Program-made: the position numbers and the translations under genes
Notes under the pieces: generated by a model
The model's database searches: none
Seen by the model: only the letters and a program-made list of their open reading frames with translations
What the model was told of the DNA's origin: nothing
NCBI GenBank assembly: GCA_050309605.1
Contig: JBNRMN010000053.1
Span: 1 to 50,728 of the forward strand
Source: Anaerohalosphaeraceae bacterium
GTDB taxonomy: Bacteria; Planctomycetota; Phycisphaerae; Sedimentisphaerales; Anaerohalosphaeraceae
Length of the DNA stretch: 50,728 nt
Direction of reading: 5' to 3'
Shown here: piece after piece, positions 10,400 to 20,330 of the stretch
Layout: the number at the start of each line of letters is the position of its first letter
Position numbering within the stretch: position 1 is the stretch's first letter

Positions 10400-11206
10400 T
10401 TACGGGCGCACCAATCGAAATACACTGTAATAAAGAACATCGTAATCCGTCTGGGCGGAAATGCCGTTGTCCACCCGATCCCAGATCGCGTCCTGAAACG
10501 CTTCGGGATCGTTGCATACGGTGACGTGGCCGTCCGGGAACAAGGCATTGATCGACATGACCGTTTTGGTACGGTGGGCCAGACTTTGTCGATTGTGCAG
10601 TAAATCGCCGGCATACGGCATATTGGGGTTGAGCTGAATGAACTTTTTGGCCAATTCATAAGGCGCCCCTATCGCCGGATCGATTCGTGCGTTGCGCTCC
10701 ACCGGGAAATAGGTATAACCGATGCGCACCCATTGATTGCCGAAGCCGTCGGCACTGGTGGCATTGAAATCCTGCGGCAGCGTCCCCCACGGCGACGGTT
10801 GGGTATAGGATTCATACTTGTACGCCTCCAGCCGATTGCCGGGACAGTAGAAAATCTCCGGCGTTTCGATATAGTTCAGCTCAAACAGATTCGCAAACCG
10901 ATACGGCTTGAGACTGCCGTCGGAAAGCCTGTTGTCATTGCGATAGGCAATATAGCCGTGCCGCTCGCGACTGCCGTTGACGTTATGGTCATCCGGCAGC
11001 GAACCGCCAAATGCATCGGAGTACATCTTCATAGCCTTGCCGATCTGATTGAGCCGTGCACCGCAAATCACACGTTTGGCGGTATCCTGGGCTTTTTTCA
11101 GCGCCGGCGTGACAATCGACAGCAGCAGCGCAATGACGGCAATGACCACCAGCAGCTCAATGAGCGTAAAAGCCGAACCGTTTTTTGGGGTCTTTCTGTT
11201 CTTCAT
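10400..11206 (-). CDS. Prepilin-type N-terminal cleavage/methylation protein (DUF1559/H-X9-DG-like)
   Basis: Basic leader followed by A|FTLIELLVVIAVIALLLSIVTPAL; C-x2-R-L-x-Q-I-G; FYCP; C-terminal H...NALFPDGHV. Confidence 0.9.
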   Translation of the reverse strand: MKNRKTPKNGSAFTLIELLVVIAVIALLLSIVTPALKKAQDTAKRVICGARLNQIGKAMKMYSDAFGGSLPDDHNVNGSRERHGYIAYRNDNRLSDGSLKPYRFANLFELNYIETPEIFYCPGNRLEAYKYESYTQPSPWGTLPQDFNATSADGFGNQWVRIGYTYFPVERNARIDPAIGAPYELAKKFIQLNPNMPYAGDLLHNRQSLAHRTKTVMSINALFPDGHVTVCNDPEAFQDAIWDRVDNGISAQTDYDVLYYSVFRLVRP

Positions 11207-11308
11207 TTTTACACCTGCCTGATTGGTTTGTCTCTCTGATTCACATCGGCGGCGCCCCCCGTACCGCACGATCCATCCCTGCTGAACCGGTTTTCGGCCT
11301 GTCGTGAT

Positions 11309-12724
11309 TTACATCGGCAGCAGCCTACCGCAATGAGTCAGTGTATCGGTACACGCCAGCCAGTCTTCGGCCAACAGCAGTACAAAATCGACCAGGTCAA
11401 CGATGCAGTCCTGATTGGCATCGGCCGGGTGATAAGGCTCGCCCGTGCTCATATGCGATGCATCACAGGGACTGTCGCCGACAATGACCTGGACCGTATC
11501 GGAAGTTTGCTTGTCGCCGTCGTCGGCGGTTAACGTAAATTCATACACACCGCGCTCACTGAAGGTCACTGTCGCCACATCCTGATCGGCGTTGACAATC
11601 ACCACTGCGGGCGCATCGCTGGACTCCTGCGTCCAGAGCACGGTATAAGGGCCCGGCAGGCCGTCATCGGACGTCAGGCCGGACAGCGTCGCCGTGACTT
11701 GATTGGGATCTTCGCCCATGCCCAGCCAGATGACCTGATCGGCGCCGGCATCGACCTCGGGCGGCAGATTGTCATTCGTATAGAATGACCAGAATTCACC
11801 TTCTACCAGTCCCTTGTCCGTATCATAGCAATCGACAACCCAGTAATAGGTCACTTTATTGGCCAGCAGTCCGAAATTCGGAAAATGGTCCGTATCGATC
11901 GCCACAGTGGAGACATCCGGCCCCACCTCCACCTTATCCATGAGCAGCCGGTTTGGATCCGCACCCAGATAAACATCACAATATATCGGATCGCCGGGCG
12001 TATTCGGCTCCGGGTTGGTCCAGGCCAATTGGGCAAGGGTGGTATCCACCTCGGCGCCGTCTTCGGGAACGGGGTGATCGGCCCCTTCCGGTGCGAATTT
12101 CAGCGTCAGATAGGGTTGTTTCGCCTCAGTGGGATTGTCGTGCGTGGCAAAATTGAGCAGATTGGGCGAATTGTGCAGAACAAACTGGACAATGCCGTCG
12201 GTATCGGCCAGAAGAATGTCCAGCACCTCCACCTCAAAACCCTGACCTTCCACGCCGTCGGTAAATGTAATGGTATTGATATAGGTCGTCTTTGCCGCGT
12301 TCAGCAGTCCCAGATCCGAGGTCAGATTGCCCGGCGCGTTGTTCCATGTCAAAGCGTAAATCTCCTCGGCCGGATTTTCCTGATTCGGATGGTCAACCCA
12401 TTTGATATTCTCGGTAACGTCGTCATTAACAGCCGAAACATCGCATTGCTGTGAGACGCTTTTGCCTTCGTGCAGGAAAACGGTCAGAGTTGCCGCGCGC
12501 AGTTTACTTAAATCATAATCGCCGAGCTGGTCAAATTTGATCCAGGATTTATTTCCGTTGGACGATGCCCGGACACTAAGTTTGCTTGAATCGTGTCGAT
12601 TGGTTTCGGCATAGCCGAATCCTTCGGTTCGACAGCTCATATCAGCCGGCACGACGACTTCGGCCGACCGGCCGCTGCCGCCCAGTACAACCGCCACCAG
12701 TGCAAATACGGTTAACGTTCTCAT
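11309..12724 (-). CDS. Secreted modular protein: DNRLRE/CBM96-like domain, YYWxVD Fn3-like repeat, PKD/Ig-like domain, dockerin-like tail
   Basis: Signal peptide; KSWIKFD...ATLTV...TWNNAP; YYWVVD; PPEVDAGADQ; C-terminal DANQDCIVDLVDF...WL. Confidence 0.75.
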   Translation of the reverse strand: MRTLTVFALVAVVLGGSGRSAEVVVPADMSCRTEGFGYAETNRHDSSKLSVRASSNGNKSWIKFDQLGDYDLSKLRAATLTVFLHEGKSVSQQCDVSAVNDDVTENIKWVDHPNQENPAEEIYALTWNNAPGNLTSDLGLLNAAKTTYINTITFTDGVEGQGFEVEVLDILLADTDGIVQFVLHNSPNLLNFATHDNPTEAKQPYLTLKFAPEGADHPVPEDGAEVDTTLAQLAWTNPEPNTPGDPIYCDVYLGADPNRLLMDKVEVGPDVSTVAIDTDHFPNFGLLANKVTYYWVVDCYDTDKGLVEGEFWSFYTNDNLPPEVDAGADQVIWLGMGEDPNQVTATLSGLTSDDGLPGPYTVLWTQESSDAPAVVIVNADQDVATVTFSERGVYEFTLTADDGDKQTSDTVQVIVGDSPCDASHMSTGEPYHPADANQDCIVDLVDFVLLLAEDWLACTDTLTHCGRLLPM

Positions 12725-12779
12725 GGGTTCATCTCCTCATTTCCAGAAAGTTATCGAAACAGCGTTCGAAATGTATTTT

Positions 12780-14960
12780 TTACAAACCGCAGTCGGTCAG
12801 CGTATCAGTGCAAATCAGCCAATTCCGGGATAGCAGAATGGCGAAATCTTCGAGATTTACAATACAGTCCTGATTGATATCGCCGGGCAGGTATGGCTGG
12901 CCGCTGTCCATATGGGACGCATCGCAGGACGTATCCCCGACAATGATCCGGACCGTATCAAATGCCTGCTTGTCGCCGTCGTCGGCTGTCAGGGTAAACG
13001 AATATACGCCCCGTTCAGTGAATGTTACCGTCGCGATATCCTGGTCGGCGTTGACAATCGCTACCGGCGGCGCGTCATCGTCCTGCTGCGTCCAGAGGAC
13101 GGTATAAGGCCCCGGCAGGCCGTCATCGGAGGTCGCGCCGTACAGGGTTATCATTTCCTGATCCGGCAGGCCGCTCATCCCCAGCCAGACGACCTGGTCG
13201 GCGCCGGCATCCACCAGCGGCGGCTGGTTGTCATCGGTATAGAACGACCAGACCAATCCTTCGATAAGGTCAGGGCCTTTGCTGTCATCGAAACAATCCA
13301 CGATCCAGTAATACGTCGTTTTGTTGGTCAAATTTCCGAAATTCGGAAAAAGCGTTGCATTGATCGCCACGCTCGACACATCGGGGCCTATGGACACCTT
13401 GTCCATCTGAGGACGGTTCGGCTCAGTGCCCAGATACACATCGCAGTAAATTGAACCGTACGGCTCATTCGGCTCCGGATTTGTCCAGGACAACGCGGCC
13501 AAATCGGTAGAGACTCGGACGCCGTCATAAGGGACAGGATTATCAGCGCCTTGCGGTGCGACAAGGATATTCAGAACCGGACGGTAATCGGGATTGGCGT
13601 AATCATGCGTACAGAAGTTCAGCAGTGCACTGGCATTGTGCAATACAAACTGAACGATGCCGTCGGTGTCGGCCTGAATCATCGGCAGCACATCCACCGT
13701 GAAAGAATCGCCCATCAGGCCGTCAATGACATCCACCGTCGCAATGAACGTGGTCTTGTCAGGATTCAGATTCTCCTGAGAATCGGTCTGATTGCCCGGC
13801 GCGTTGTTCCAGGTGATTGACGTTTCGGTCCAGTCAATATTCTCGCGGCAGTCGTCATTGACGGCGGAAATATCGACCGTGTTCGACCCGCCCTTCGGCT
13901 CAAGCAGCGTCACCGTGAGGGCGGCCTTTTTGATGACGACGGCATTGGGATCCAGGTCGCCCAGATCAAACTTGATCCATGATTTGGCCGCTTTTTCATC
14001 CGACCGAACGCTGAGTTTGCTCGAGTCGGTCCGGTTGGCGTCCGGATCCTGAATTTCGGTTCGGCAGCTTTCAACAGCCGCTATTTCATACGGAATACCG
14101 ACCGGAGGCCCTTCATACGGCGGTTCCTGGCCGGCAATATGTTCGACTTTGATACGATGAAAATCGAGCACGTCGGCCGTGCCGGAGGCTTGTGAAAATC
14201 GGAAAAACAAGTGATCAAATTCGGTGTAAATACCCACATCGTGGCCGCCGAACGACCCGTCGTCAAGAATGGATTGGGTGGAAATGACGCCCTGGGCATC
14301 GGCAATCGTGAAGGTGGCCTGCATTTGGTCGGCTGCGAGTCGCTCCAATTCCAATGTCAGGGTATAGGTCGCATCCAGAGAAGCGACAATCGGTGCGCCG
14401 CCGCTGCTGATGCCGGGATAGGCGCTGCCGCTGCCCAACAGACTGGTCGTTAAACCGGTGATGCGCTTTCCAACACTCGCATTGGAAGCACTCGGGCCGC
14501 TGCTCAAAGGAAAATGAACCGCGTACCCCGTCGAATCCCCCCAGCGTCCATTGCCGTCATCGGAATTAACGTCTTCGTGATACTGATCGTCGGTGGGGTC
14601 GTAGAACAGGCCGAAGCGGAAGTTTTTCGATGTCGTTTCATATAACGCACCGCGCGGCGTAAACTCAATCGTAACGATCAGTTTGTCCTCGACCGCCAGC
14701 AAGACAGGCGATTGGTTGGGGGCGAAATAAGTCCACATCTTTTGACTGCTGCTGACGGTCTGGTCAAAAGCCAGCGAACCGGCCCCCATTGTTACGCCGT
14801 CCGGATGGGAGATCCACACCGCCGATTCATTCGGCAGGTTGGTTTCTATACGGCTGCCGTCGGCAAAGATGTCGTTCAGCAGTACGTCAGCCGCACATGC
14901 ACCACCCAAAGCCGCGACCACCGCCCACACGGTACATGTCTTGATGAAAGTGGTTTTCAT
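12780..14960 (-). CDS. Secreted chimeric protein: head domain shared with the adjacent PEP-CTERM protein, plus a full paralogue of 11309-12724 with dockerin-like tail
   Basis: Start MKTTFIK after GAGGAG. Residues ~24-275 align with 15253-16155 and the remainder aligns with 11309-12724. It ends in GDINQDCIVNLEDF...WL. Confidence 0.8.
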   Translation of the reverse strand: MKTTFIKTCTVWAVVAALGGACAADVLLNDIFADGSRIETNLPNESAVWISHPDGVTMGAGSLAFDQTVSSSQKMWTYFAPNQSPVLLAVEDKLIVTIEFTPRGALYETTSKNFRFGLFYDPTDDQYHEDVNSDDGNGRWGDSTGYAVHFPLSSGPSASNASVGKRITGLTTSLLGSGSAYPGISSGGAPIVASLDATYTLTLELERLAADQMQATFTIADAQGVISTQSILDDGSFGGHDVGIYTEFDHLFFRFSQASGTADVLDFHRIKVEHIAGQEPPYEGPPVGIPYEIAAVESCRTEIQDPDANRTDSSKLSVRSDEKAAKSWIKFDLGDLDPNAVVIKKAALTVTLLEPKGGSNTVDISAVNDDCRENIDWTETSITWNNAPGNQTDSQENLNPDKTTFIATVDVIDGLMGDSFTVDVLPMIQADTDGIVQFVLHNASALLNFCTHDYANPDYRPVLNILVAPQGADNPVPYDGVRVSTDLAALSWTNPEPNEPYGSIYCDVYLGTEPNRPQMDKVSIGPDVSSVAINATLFPNFGNLTNKTTYYWIVDCFDDSKGPDLIEGLVWSFYTDDNQPPLVDAGADQVVWLGMSGLPDQEMITLYGATSDDGLPGPYTVLWTQQDDDAPPVAIVNADQDIATVTFTERGVYSFTLTADDGDKQAFDTVRIIVGDTSCDASHMDSGQPYLPGDINQDCIVNLEDFAILLSRNWLICTDTLTDCGL

Positions 14961-15090
14961 TTTAGTCTCCTCAATCTCACATGTTATCAATTTCCTATCT
15001 CGGGTCCACGCAAACGCCCTGTTTGCCGGACGCCCATCATGCCGTATCCGTTTATCGCTCATTTCAATATCATGTGTTCCTTCAATTTGA

Positions 15091-15131
15091 ACAAGGCAAT
15101 CTTGCGCCAAAATAAAAGCAATTTTGCGCAA
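15091..15131 (-). promoter_or_regulatory. Putative AraC/XylR operator (direct repeat GCGCAA(A/G)ATTG, 22 bp period) abutting a weak -35
   Basis: acaaggcaatcttgcgccaaaataaaagcaattttgcgcaa is near-identical to 16292-16332. On the minus strand it is followed by TTGTTC-N17-GATATT. Confidence 0.7.
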
Positions 15132-15163
15132 GGGTTTTTTCGGCGCAACGATTCGGCATACCC

Positions 15164-15201
15164 AAAAAAACCGGCCATCATACTGACAGTATCATGGCCG
15201 G
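15164..15201 (-). terminator. Intrinsic terminator after the PEP-CTERM gene
   Basis: Hairpin ccggccat-catactg-a-cagtat-c-atggccgg followed by a U7 tract on the minus strand. Confidence 0.75.
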
Positions 15202-15252
15202 CGTCCCGGTTGTCGGGATATTAAACGATAATCGAACGTCTGTTATTCGGCG

Positions 15253-16155
15253 TTACACGGCAGCTCGGCTCCGACGTTTCAAAACGGCAATCGCCCCCAC
15301 TCCCAGCAGCGCAATCGAAGCCGGCTCCGGAATAATATGCTCCACCTTGATACTGTGAAAATCAAGCACATCGGCCGTGCCGGCGGCCTCAGAGAACCGG
15401 AAGAAAAGCTGATCGAACTGGGTATAGATTCCCATATCGTGGCCGCCGAACGTGCCGTCATCCACAATGCTGTTGGTTGAAATCACACCCAGTGCATCGG
15501 CAATGGAAAAGGTCACCAGCATCTGATCGACCGCCTGGTAATCCAGCGCCAGCGTCAGCGTATAAAGGGTATCGAGGGTGACGGTGAATTTATCGCCGCC
15601 GCTGGACAGGCCCGGATAGGCGCTGCCGCTGCCCAACAGGCTGCTGGTCAGGTCGGGGACCCGTTTGCCCACACTCGAATTGGCCGAGCTGGGACCGGAG
15701 CTAAGTGGAAAATGTACCGCATAACCCGTTGAATCGCCCCAGCGTCCGTTTCCATCATCGGAATTGGCGTCGCTCCAATACTGGTCATCGGTGGGGTCAT
15801 AAAACAAGCCGAAACGGAAATTTTTGGACGATTTGTCATACAATGTAACGCGGGGAGTAAATTGAATGGTGGCGATGAGCTGTTCACCGACGCCCAGCGA
15901 AACAGGCGACCCGTTCGGCGTAAAATAGGTCCACATTTTCTGGCTGCCGCTTGTAGCAGTCTGATCAAACGCCAGCGATCCGGTTCCCATTGTTACACCG
16001 TCCGGATGGGAAATCCAAACCGCCGATTCATTCGGCAGACTGGTTTCCGTGCGGCTGCCGTCGGCAAAGGTGTCGTTCAGCAATACCTCGGCCCCGGCCA
16101 TGGCGCCGAGCACCCATACGAGAGTACATAGAACTGCGACTGACTTTTTCATCAT
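15253..16155 (-). CDS. PEP-CTERM sorting domain protein (head domain A)
   Basis: Signal peptide after an AGGAGAGG RBS; C-terminal IPEPASIALLGVGAIAVLKRRSR. Confidence 0.9.
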   Translation of the reverse strand: MMKKSVAVLCTLVWVLGAMAGAEVLLNDTFADGSRTETSLPNESAVWISHPDGVTMGTGSLAFDQTATSGSQKMWTYFTPNGSPVSLGVGEQLIATIQFTPRVTLYDKSSKNFRFGLFYDPTDDQYWSDANSDDGNGRWGDSTGYAVHFPLSSGPSSANSSVGKRVPDLTSSLLGSGSAYPGLSSGGDKFTVTLDTLYTLTLALDYQAVDQMLVTFSIADALGVISTNSIVDDGTFGGHDMGIYTQFDQLFFRFSEAAGTADVLDFHSIKVEHIIPEPASIALLGVGAIAVLKRRSRAAV

Positions 16156-16291
16156 ACCTCTCCTTTCGATTTGAACACACTTCGGATTCAACCAAAAACT
16201 CTTTTGGCTTTGTCGGATTACGGGACACAGCATGACGCAAAAAAGATACTCCTAATCCACGCACTCATTGTGATACAAACCCCTGGTGCAA

Positions 16292-16332
16292 ACAAGCCAA
16301 TCTTGCGCATAAATAACGCCAATTTTGCGCAA
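16292..16332 (-). promoter_or_regulatory. Putative AraC/XylR operator, second copy
   Basis: acaagccaatcttgcgcataaataacgccaattttgcgcaa, followed on the minus strand by TTGTTT-N17-CACAAT. It lies in the divergent region next to the XylR-type gene. Confidence 0.7.
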
Positions 16333-16480
16333 CTGTGCCCCAATAAAAAAGATAGATCGCGCCACCTGCAATCGCCGACCCCAAACCGGTGCAATAGAAT
16401 CCGCCCCCACTGCCATACGAGGGGGCACATCAAAACCAAGAAACTCTCCTCGACAAGTCTTTTTTAGGAGACGACAGGGC

Positions 16481-16509
16481 TTGACTTTCATTTGCGGAGG
16501 CGATAAAGT
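16481..16509 (+). promoter_or_regulatory. Sigma70-like promoter of the XylR-type regulator
   Basis: TTGACT-N17-TAAAGT, about 50 bp upstream of the ATG. Confidence 0.55.
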
Positions 16510-16558
16510 GAAAAGGGCTTGACAGACCCTTTTATCGCTGAATCTGCTCTGAACGAGG

Positions 16559-17755
16559 ATGATGCCGATGCGGGAAAAGATCAAAGTGGCCTTTGCACAT
16601 AACAATATCTCCCATAACACCCAGGGGATTATGGGAGGGATTACGGAATATATGCGGAACAATACCGACTGGCAGTTGATCGTCTGGCCGGACAGCTCAT
16701 TTGAATCACTCGAATTTTTGAAGCGCCGCGGCTGTAAAGGTGCTTTTGTCAGCGTCCAAACATCCACCAAAGCGCAGCAGCTTCTCAAACTCGGTATTCC
16801 TGTGATTGCCTTGAATACGATGCAGGATATGCTGAATTTGCCCTACATCAGCGCCGACTCGGAATGGGTGTCCAGGATGGCATTCGAATACCTGGCCGCC
16901 AAGCATTTCAGTCATTTGGGATTTTTCGGGCTGGCTCAGGCGCGCTGGTCTCGCGAACGATTGCACCATTTTTCTCGATTCGCCGCCCACGCGGGCCACA
17001 CGGTCCGGGTGTTTGAGTGCGAGCAGGCAGCCATTGCCGACGAGATTCCGTTCGCCAAGCTCTGGATCAATATGGTTCTCAATGAAGGACAGCAGGACCT
17101 GGTTAACTGGCTCAGGGACTTGCCCAAACCCGCGGCGATTCTGGCCAGTTGCGACATCCTGGCCTGTCATTTGTGCAATGTTGCCCGTGAAGCAGGGCTG
17201 GCCGTTCCCGACGACATCGCGATACTCGGCGTCAACGACGATCAGGCGTTGTGCAATTTATGCGACCCGCCGCTGTCGAGCATCACGTTTGATTTCAAAA
17301 AAGCGGGCATTGAAGCGGCCGAGCTGATGAGCCGGCTTATTTCCGGGCAGGACGAACCGCAGGGTCAGTGGATTCGCATTCAGCCGGCCTATGTCAAAAG
17401 CCGCCGGTCAACCGACATCTTCGCAATCGACGACGCGGATGTGATTGCCGCGCTGAAATTTATTCGCCAACACGCCCACAAACCGCTGCAGGTCGATGAT
17501 GTAGCGCATGCGGTCTGCGTCAGTCGGCGATCGCTGCAAATGAAATTCCAAAAATCGCTGGGCCGCTCCGTTCACGACCAAATCGTCCTGGCCCACTTTG
17601 AAACCGCCAAGGCACTGCTGATTGATACCAATCTGCCGATCGATGAAATCGCCGTCCGATCCGGTTTTCATTATACCACCAATATGCGCCGCGTGTTCAA
17701 AGAGCGAACCGGTCTGCTGCCGCACAAATATCGCCATGCCCATCGCGTGTCCTGA
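16559..17755 (+). CDS. XylR-type transcriptional activator (periplasmic-binding-protein-like sensor plus AraC HTH)
   Basis: LPKPAAILASCD, VPDDIAILGVNDD...PPLSSI, RRSTD linker, and a C-terminal AraC double HTH (EIAVRSGF...FKERTGLLP). Confidence 0.9.
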   Translation: MMPMREKIKVAFAHNNISHNTQGIMGGITEYMRNNTDWQLIVWPDSSFESLEFLKRRGCKGAFVSVQTSTKAQQLLKLGIPVIALNTMQDMLNLPYISADSEWVSRMAFEYLAAKHFSHLGFFGLAQARWSRERLHHFSRFAAHAGHTVRVFECEQAAIADEIPFAKLWINMVLNEGQQDLVNWLRDLPKPAAILASCDILACHLCNVAREAGLAVPDDIAILGVNDDQALCNLCDPPLSSITFDFKKAGIEAAELMSRLISGQDEPQGQWIRIQPAYVKSRRSTDIFAIDDADVIAALKFIRQHAHKPLQVDDVAHAVCVSRRSLQMKFQKSLGRSVHDQIVLAHFETAKALLIDTNLPIDEIAVRSGFHYTTNMRRVFKERTGLLPHKYRHAHRVS

Positions 17756-17850
17756 ACGGCCTGATGGAGCGCAAACGCGAACGGTCAGAATCGCTTAATC
17801 CCATTTGTTGATACTTGAATTACGGCGGTACTTTCGGACCGCCCCATCTT

Positions 17851-17892
17851 AAAAAAAAGGTCTCCGAGCAACTGATCAAGTGCCCGGAGACC
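17851..17892 (-). terminator. Intrinsic terminator of the ECF-sigma cassette
   Basis: Stem ggtctccgagca / tgcccggagacc with a U8 tract on the minus strand, between convergent genes. Confidence 0.75.
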
Positions 17893-17915
17893 CAACCTCG
17901 CTGTTGCTGAGCAAT

Positions 17916-20279
17916 TTAGTCGAGATAAATCCGATTGCTTTGGAGCCATTCTTCGGCAAAGATCGCAAAATCACTCAGATCAACCCGGCAATCGCCGTTG
18001 AAATCATACGTCAAAGCCGGCAGCTCCCGATTGCAGATCCACTCGCCGCGAACCGCCAAATAGTCCAGCGCAATCTGTTCGGTCGTACGGGCATAGTTGT
18101 AGATCTTCAAATCATCAATCCGACCGTTAAAGTACGGATCCGGCCACTGGCTTTTACCGAGATAGTTGAGGATCGGCTTGAAATCCAGCGGATTGATGTT
18201 CATGCCGGTATTGGTCGCCCTCAGTTCGCCGTTGACGTACAGCCGTCCTGTATTACCGCCGACCGCCACGGCCACATGCACCCATTGGTCGGTCGCAAGC
18301 TGCGGAGCATTCAGGGCCTGCTCGTCGCCGTCATTTTTGAGAACGAACCGCAGGGTATCGCCGCCGGAGCGCGGTGTCAGGAACATATACTGATCCGTGT
18401 TGTTTCCGAAATCAAGGATGCGCTGCCACTGACTGCCGCCGTGCCAATAGACCCATACCGCCACGGTGATGTCTTCATAATCGCCGATACCCGCTTCAAT
18501 CTGTCCATACTGGCCATAGAAATTCGGATCGGACGAAACGGTATTGTCCAGCAGCAGACTGCTGCCGCCCAGTTCATCGACCCCGTCGCCAAGCGTGGCC
18601 AGATTCGTTTCCAGCAGGTCGTTCTTAAGGGCTATACGATACCCGCTCACGACATCCGGCGTCGCGTCGTCTTCAAGCACCTCCATCGGGAAATGCGCCA
18701 CCAGGCGCCGGACGGCTAAACGAGCCTGCCTGGACTGAACCTGCATCTGTTCGGCATTTTTCACGATAGCGTAGTAAAAGCCTTCATCGGCCGCATCGGC
18801 ATTTTTCACGATCAGTCTGGCTTGCGACACCATATCCGATTCGACTTCATGCTTGTCCGGATTCAGGGGGAATCCAAATTCATCCGTTATCGGTATATCG
18901 TTCTGGCCATCGACATAACGATACCAAGCGACATGCGCCGGCGAATAGCTGAGAAACAGCAGCTCAAATTCAGCCTCTTGACCGGGTTCGACGAGGGTAT
19001 TCGACGGATGGCCGTTTGCGTTGATCGTCGGTGCGGACAAGATCGTTCGGAACTGCCAGATGGCCCCGGCAATCACAAAATTCGGATCATCCGCCGGCCC
19101 GTCATTGAGAATTTCATCGACGCGCCAGTAATAGGTCTTGTCCCGATCCATTCCTCCCGGATCAAAAGACGCGGTCGGGCCGTCGGCCTCAATAATCGCC
19201 GTCGGCTCGGTCATCGCCAGGAAATTGGGATCTTCGCGGAAATAGACGTAATGATGCGTAATATCCGGGTTGACCTGTTCGGGATTCTCCGGATCCAGAC
19301 CGGTGTTCCAGCTCAGCGTCGCGTCCGGGGAAACGCCGGCCGCACCGTCAGCCGGTTCGGGATTCCACGCACCGAAGCCCATTGAATACAGCAGTTGATG
19401 GGGACTGAGAGCGGTATTGGAAATGCGCACCTCATCAATAAAGCCGAACGCGCGATCGGTATGCCCGCCGGCCCACATTCCGCGACCGACGGTCCAGCCG
19501 CCGGCGTGCCAACTATCGCCGCTGGTCGTGCCTTTGGCCAGCGTGGTATCGGGGCTGCCGCTGGCGGTCATATCGGTCTGGGCGACCAATTGAAGCTCGC
19601 CGCCGGCCTCAACATCAGCCATATACAACGACAGCGTCGCCCCATCGCTGACAGCCGCGTAATAATACCAGCGATTGGTTTGTACGGACTCGGCCGGACT
19701 GCTTGCAGCATGCCAAAAACCGGCGGCATCGGCAAACTGAATCGCAACCCTCGTACCGCCCCATAGCTGAAAATACAGAGCGGCTCGGCTGGGCGATTCC
19801 GTGGACACGTTTTGACCGTCGCGCCCGACAAACGTCTGGTTGCCCGAGGTGGTTGTACATTTGTAAAACGCCTCGATGGTGAACTGAGCAAATGTATCCG
19901 CTCCTTCGATGTCGATGCCGGACGGATTACTGGTCTCGGATTTGGTGTACGCCGCCGGCCAGTTTCCCGTGTTCTGAATGCTCAGGTTGTTGGCGGCACT
20001 GGTTTGCGGAATCAGCGTCAGCGGCACATCGGCACGATAGACGAATCCCGTTCCGCCGCCGGTGCTCCACACAGCCAGATGGTTGCCGTTGCCGGATACA
20101 TCCAGCACATCCGGTGAAAATGTATATTCGCTGACACCTTCGGGACGCTGCACATCGGTATCCGCCGTGCCGTCTTCAAAGCGCCAGTAGGCCACCGTTG
20201 CCGCCTGTGAACCAATACTCATACTCATCGCCGCGATACAAACAATGAGCATTCCCACTGCAATCTTTTGGTTTTTCAC
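17916..20279 (-). CDS. Secreted LamG-Fn3-like-Ig-LamG protein with dockerin-like tail
   Basis: GTG start after GAAAGGA; VAYWRFED...FTIEAF...GFIDEVRIS (LamG), YYWRVD, Ig (DEGFYY), WQRILDFG...GRIDDLKIYN (LamG), DFNGDCRVDLSDF...WL. Confidence 0.85.
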   Translation of the reverse strand: MKNQKIAVGMLIVCIAAMSMSIGSQAATVAYWRFEDGTADTDVQRPEGVSEYTFSPDVLDVSGNGNHLAVWSTGGGTGFVYRADVPLTLIPQTSAANNLSIQNTGNWPAAYTKSETSNPSGIDIEGADTFAQFTIEAFYKCTTTSGNQTFVGRDGQNVSTESPSRAALYFQLWGGTRVAIQFADAAGFWHAASSPAESVQTNRWYYYAAVSDGATLSLYMADVEAGGELQLVAQTDMTASGSPDTTLAKGTTSGDSWHAGGWTVGRGMWAGGHTDRAFGFIDEVRISNTALSPHQLLYSMGFGAWNPEPADGAAGVSPDATLSWNTGLDPENPEQVNPDITHHYVYFREDPNFLAMTEPTAIIEADGPTASFDPGGMDRDKTYYWRVDEILNDGPADDPNFVIAGAIWQFRTILSAPTINANGHPSNTLVEPGQEAEFELLFLSYSPAHVAWYRYVDGQNDIPITDEFGFPLNPDKHEVESDMVSQARLIVKNADAADEGFYYAIVKNAEQMQVQSRQARLAVRRLVAHFPMEVLEDDATPDVVSGYRIALKNDLLETNLATLGDGVDELGGSSLLLDNTVSSDPNFYGQYGQIEAGIGDYEDITVAVWVYWHGGSQWQRILDFGNNTDQYMFLTPRSGGDTLRFVLKNDGDEQALNAPQLATDQWVHVAVAVGGNTGRLYVNGELRATNTGMNINPLDFKPILNYLGKSQWPDPYFNGRIDDLKIYNYARTTEQIALDYLAVRGEWICNRELPALTYDFNGDCRVDLSDFAIFAEEWLQSNRIYLD

Positions 20280-20330
20280 TTGTGAATTCCTTTCTGTTTC
20301 AAATTACATACTGTGTTTCGAAAGACAGTT

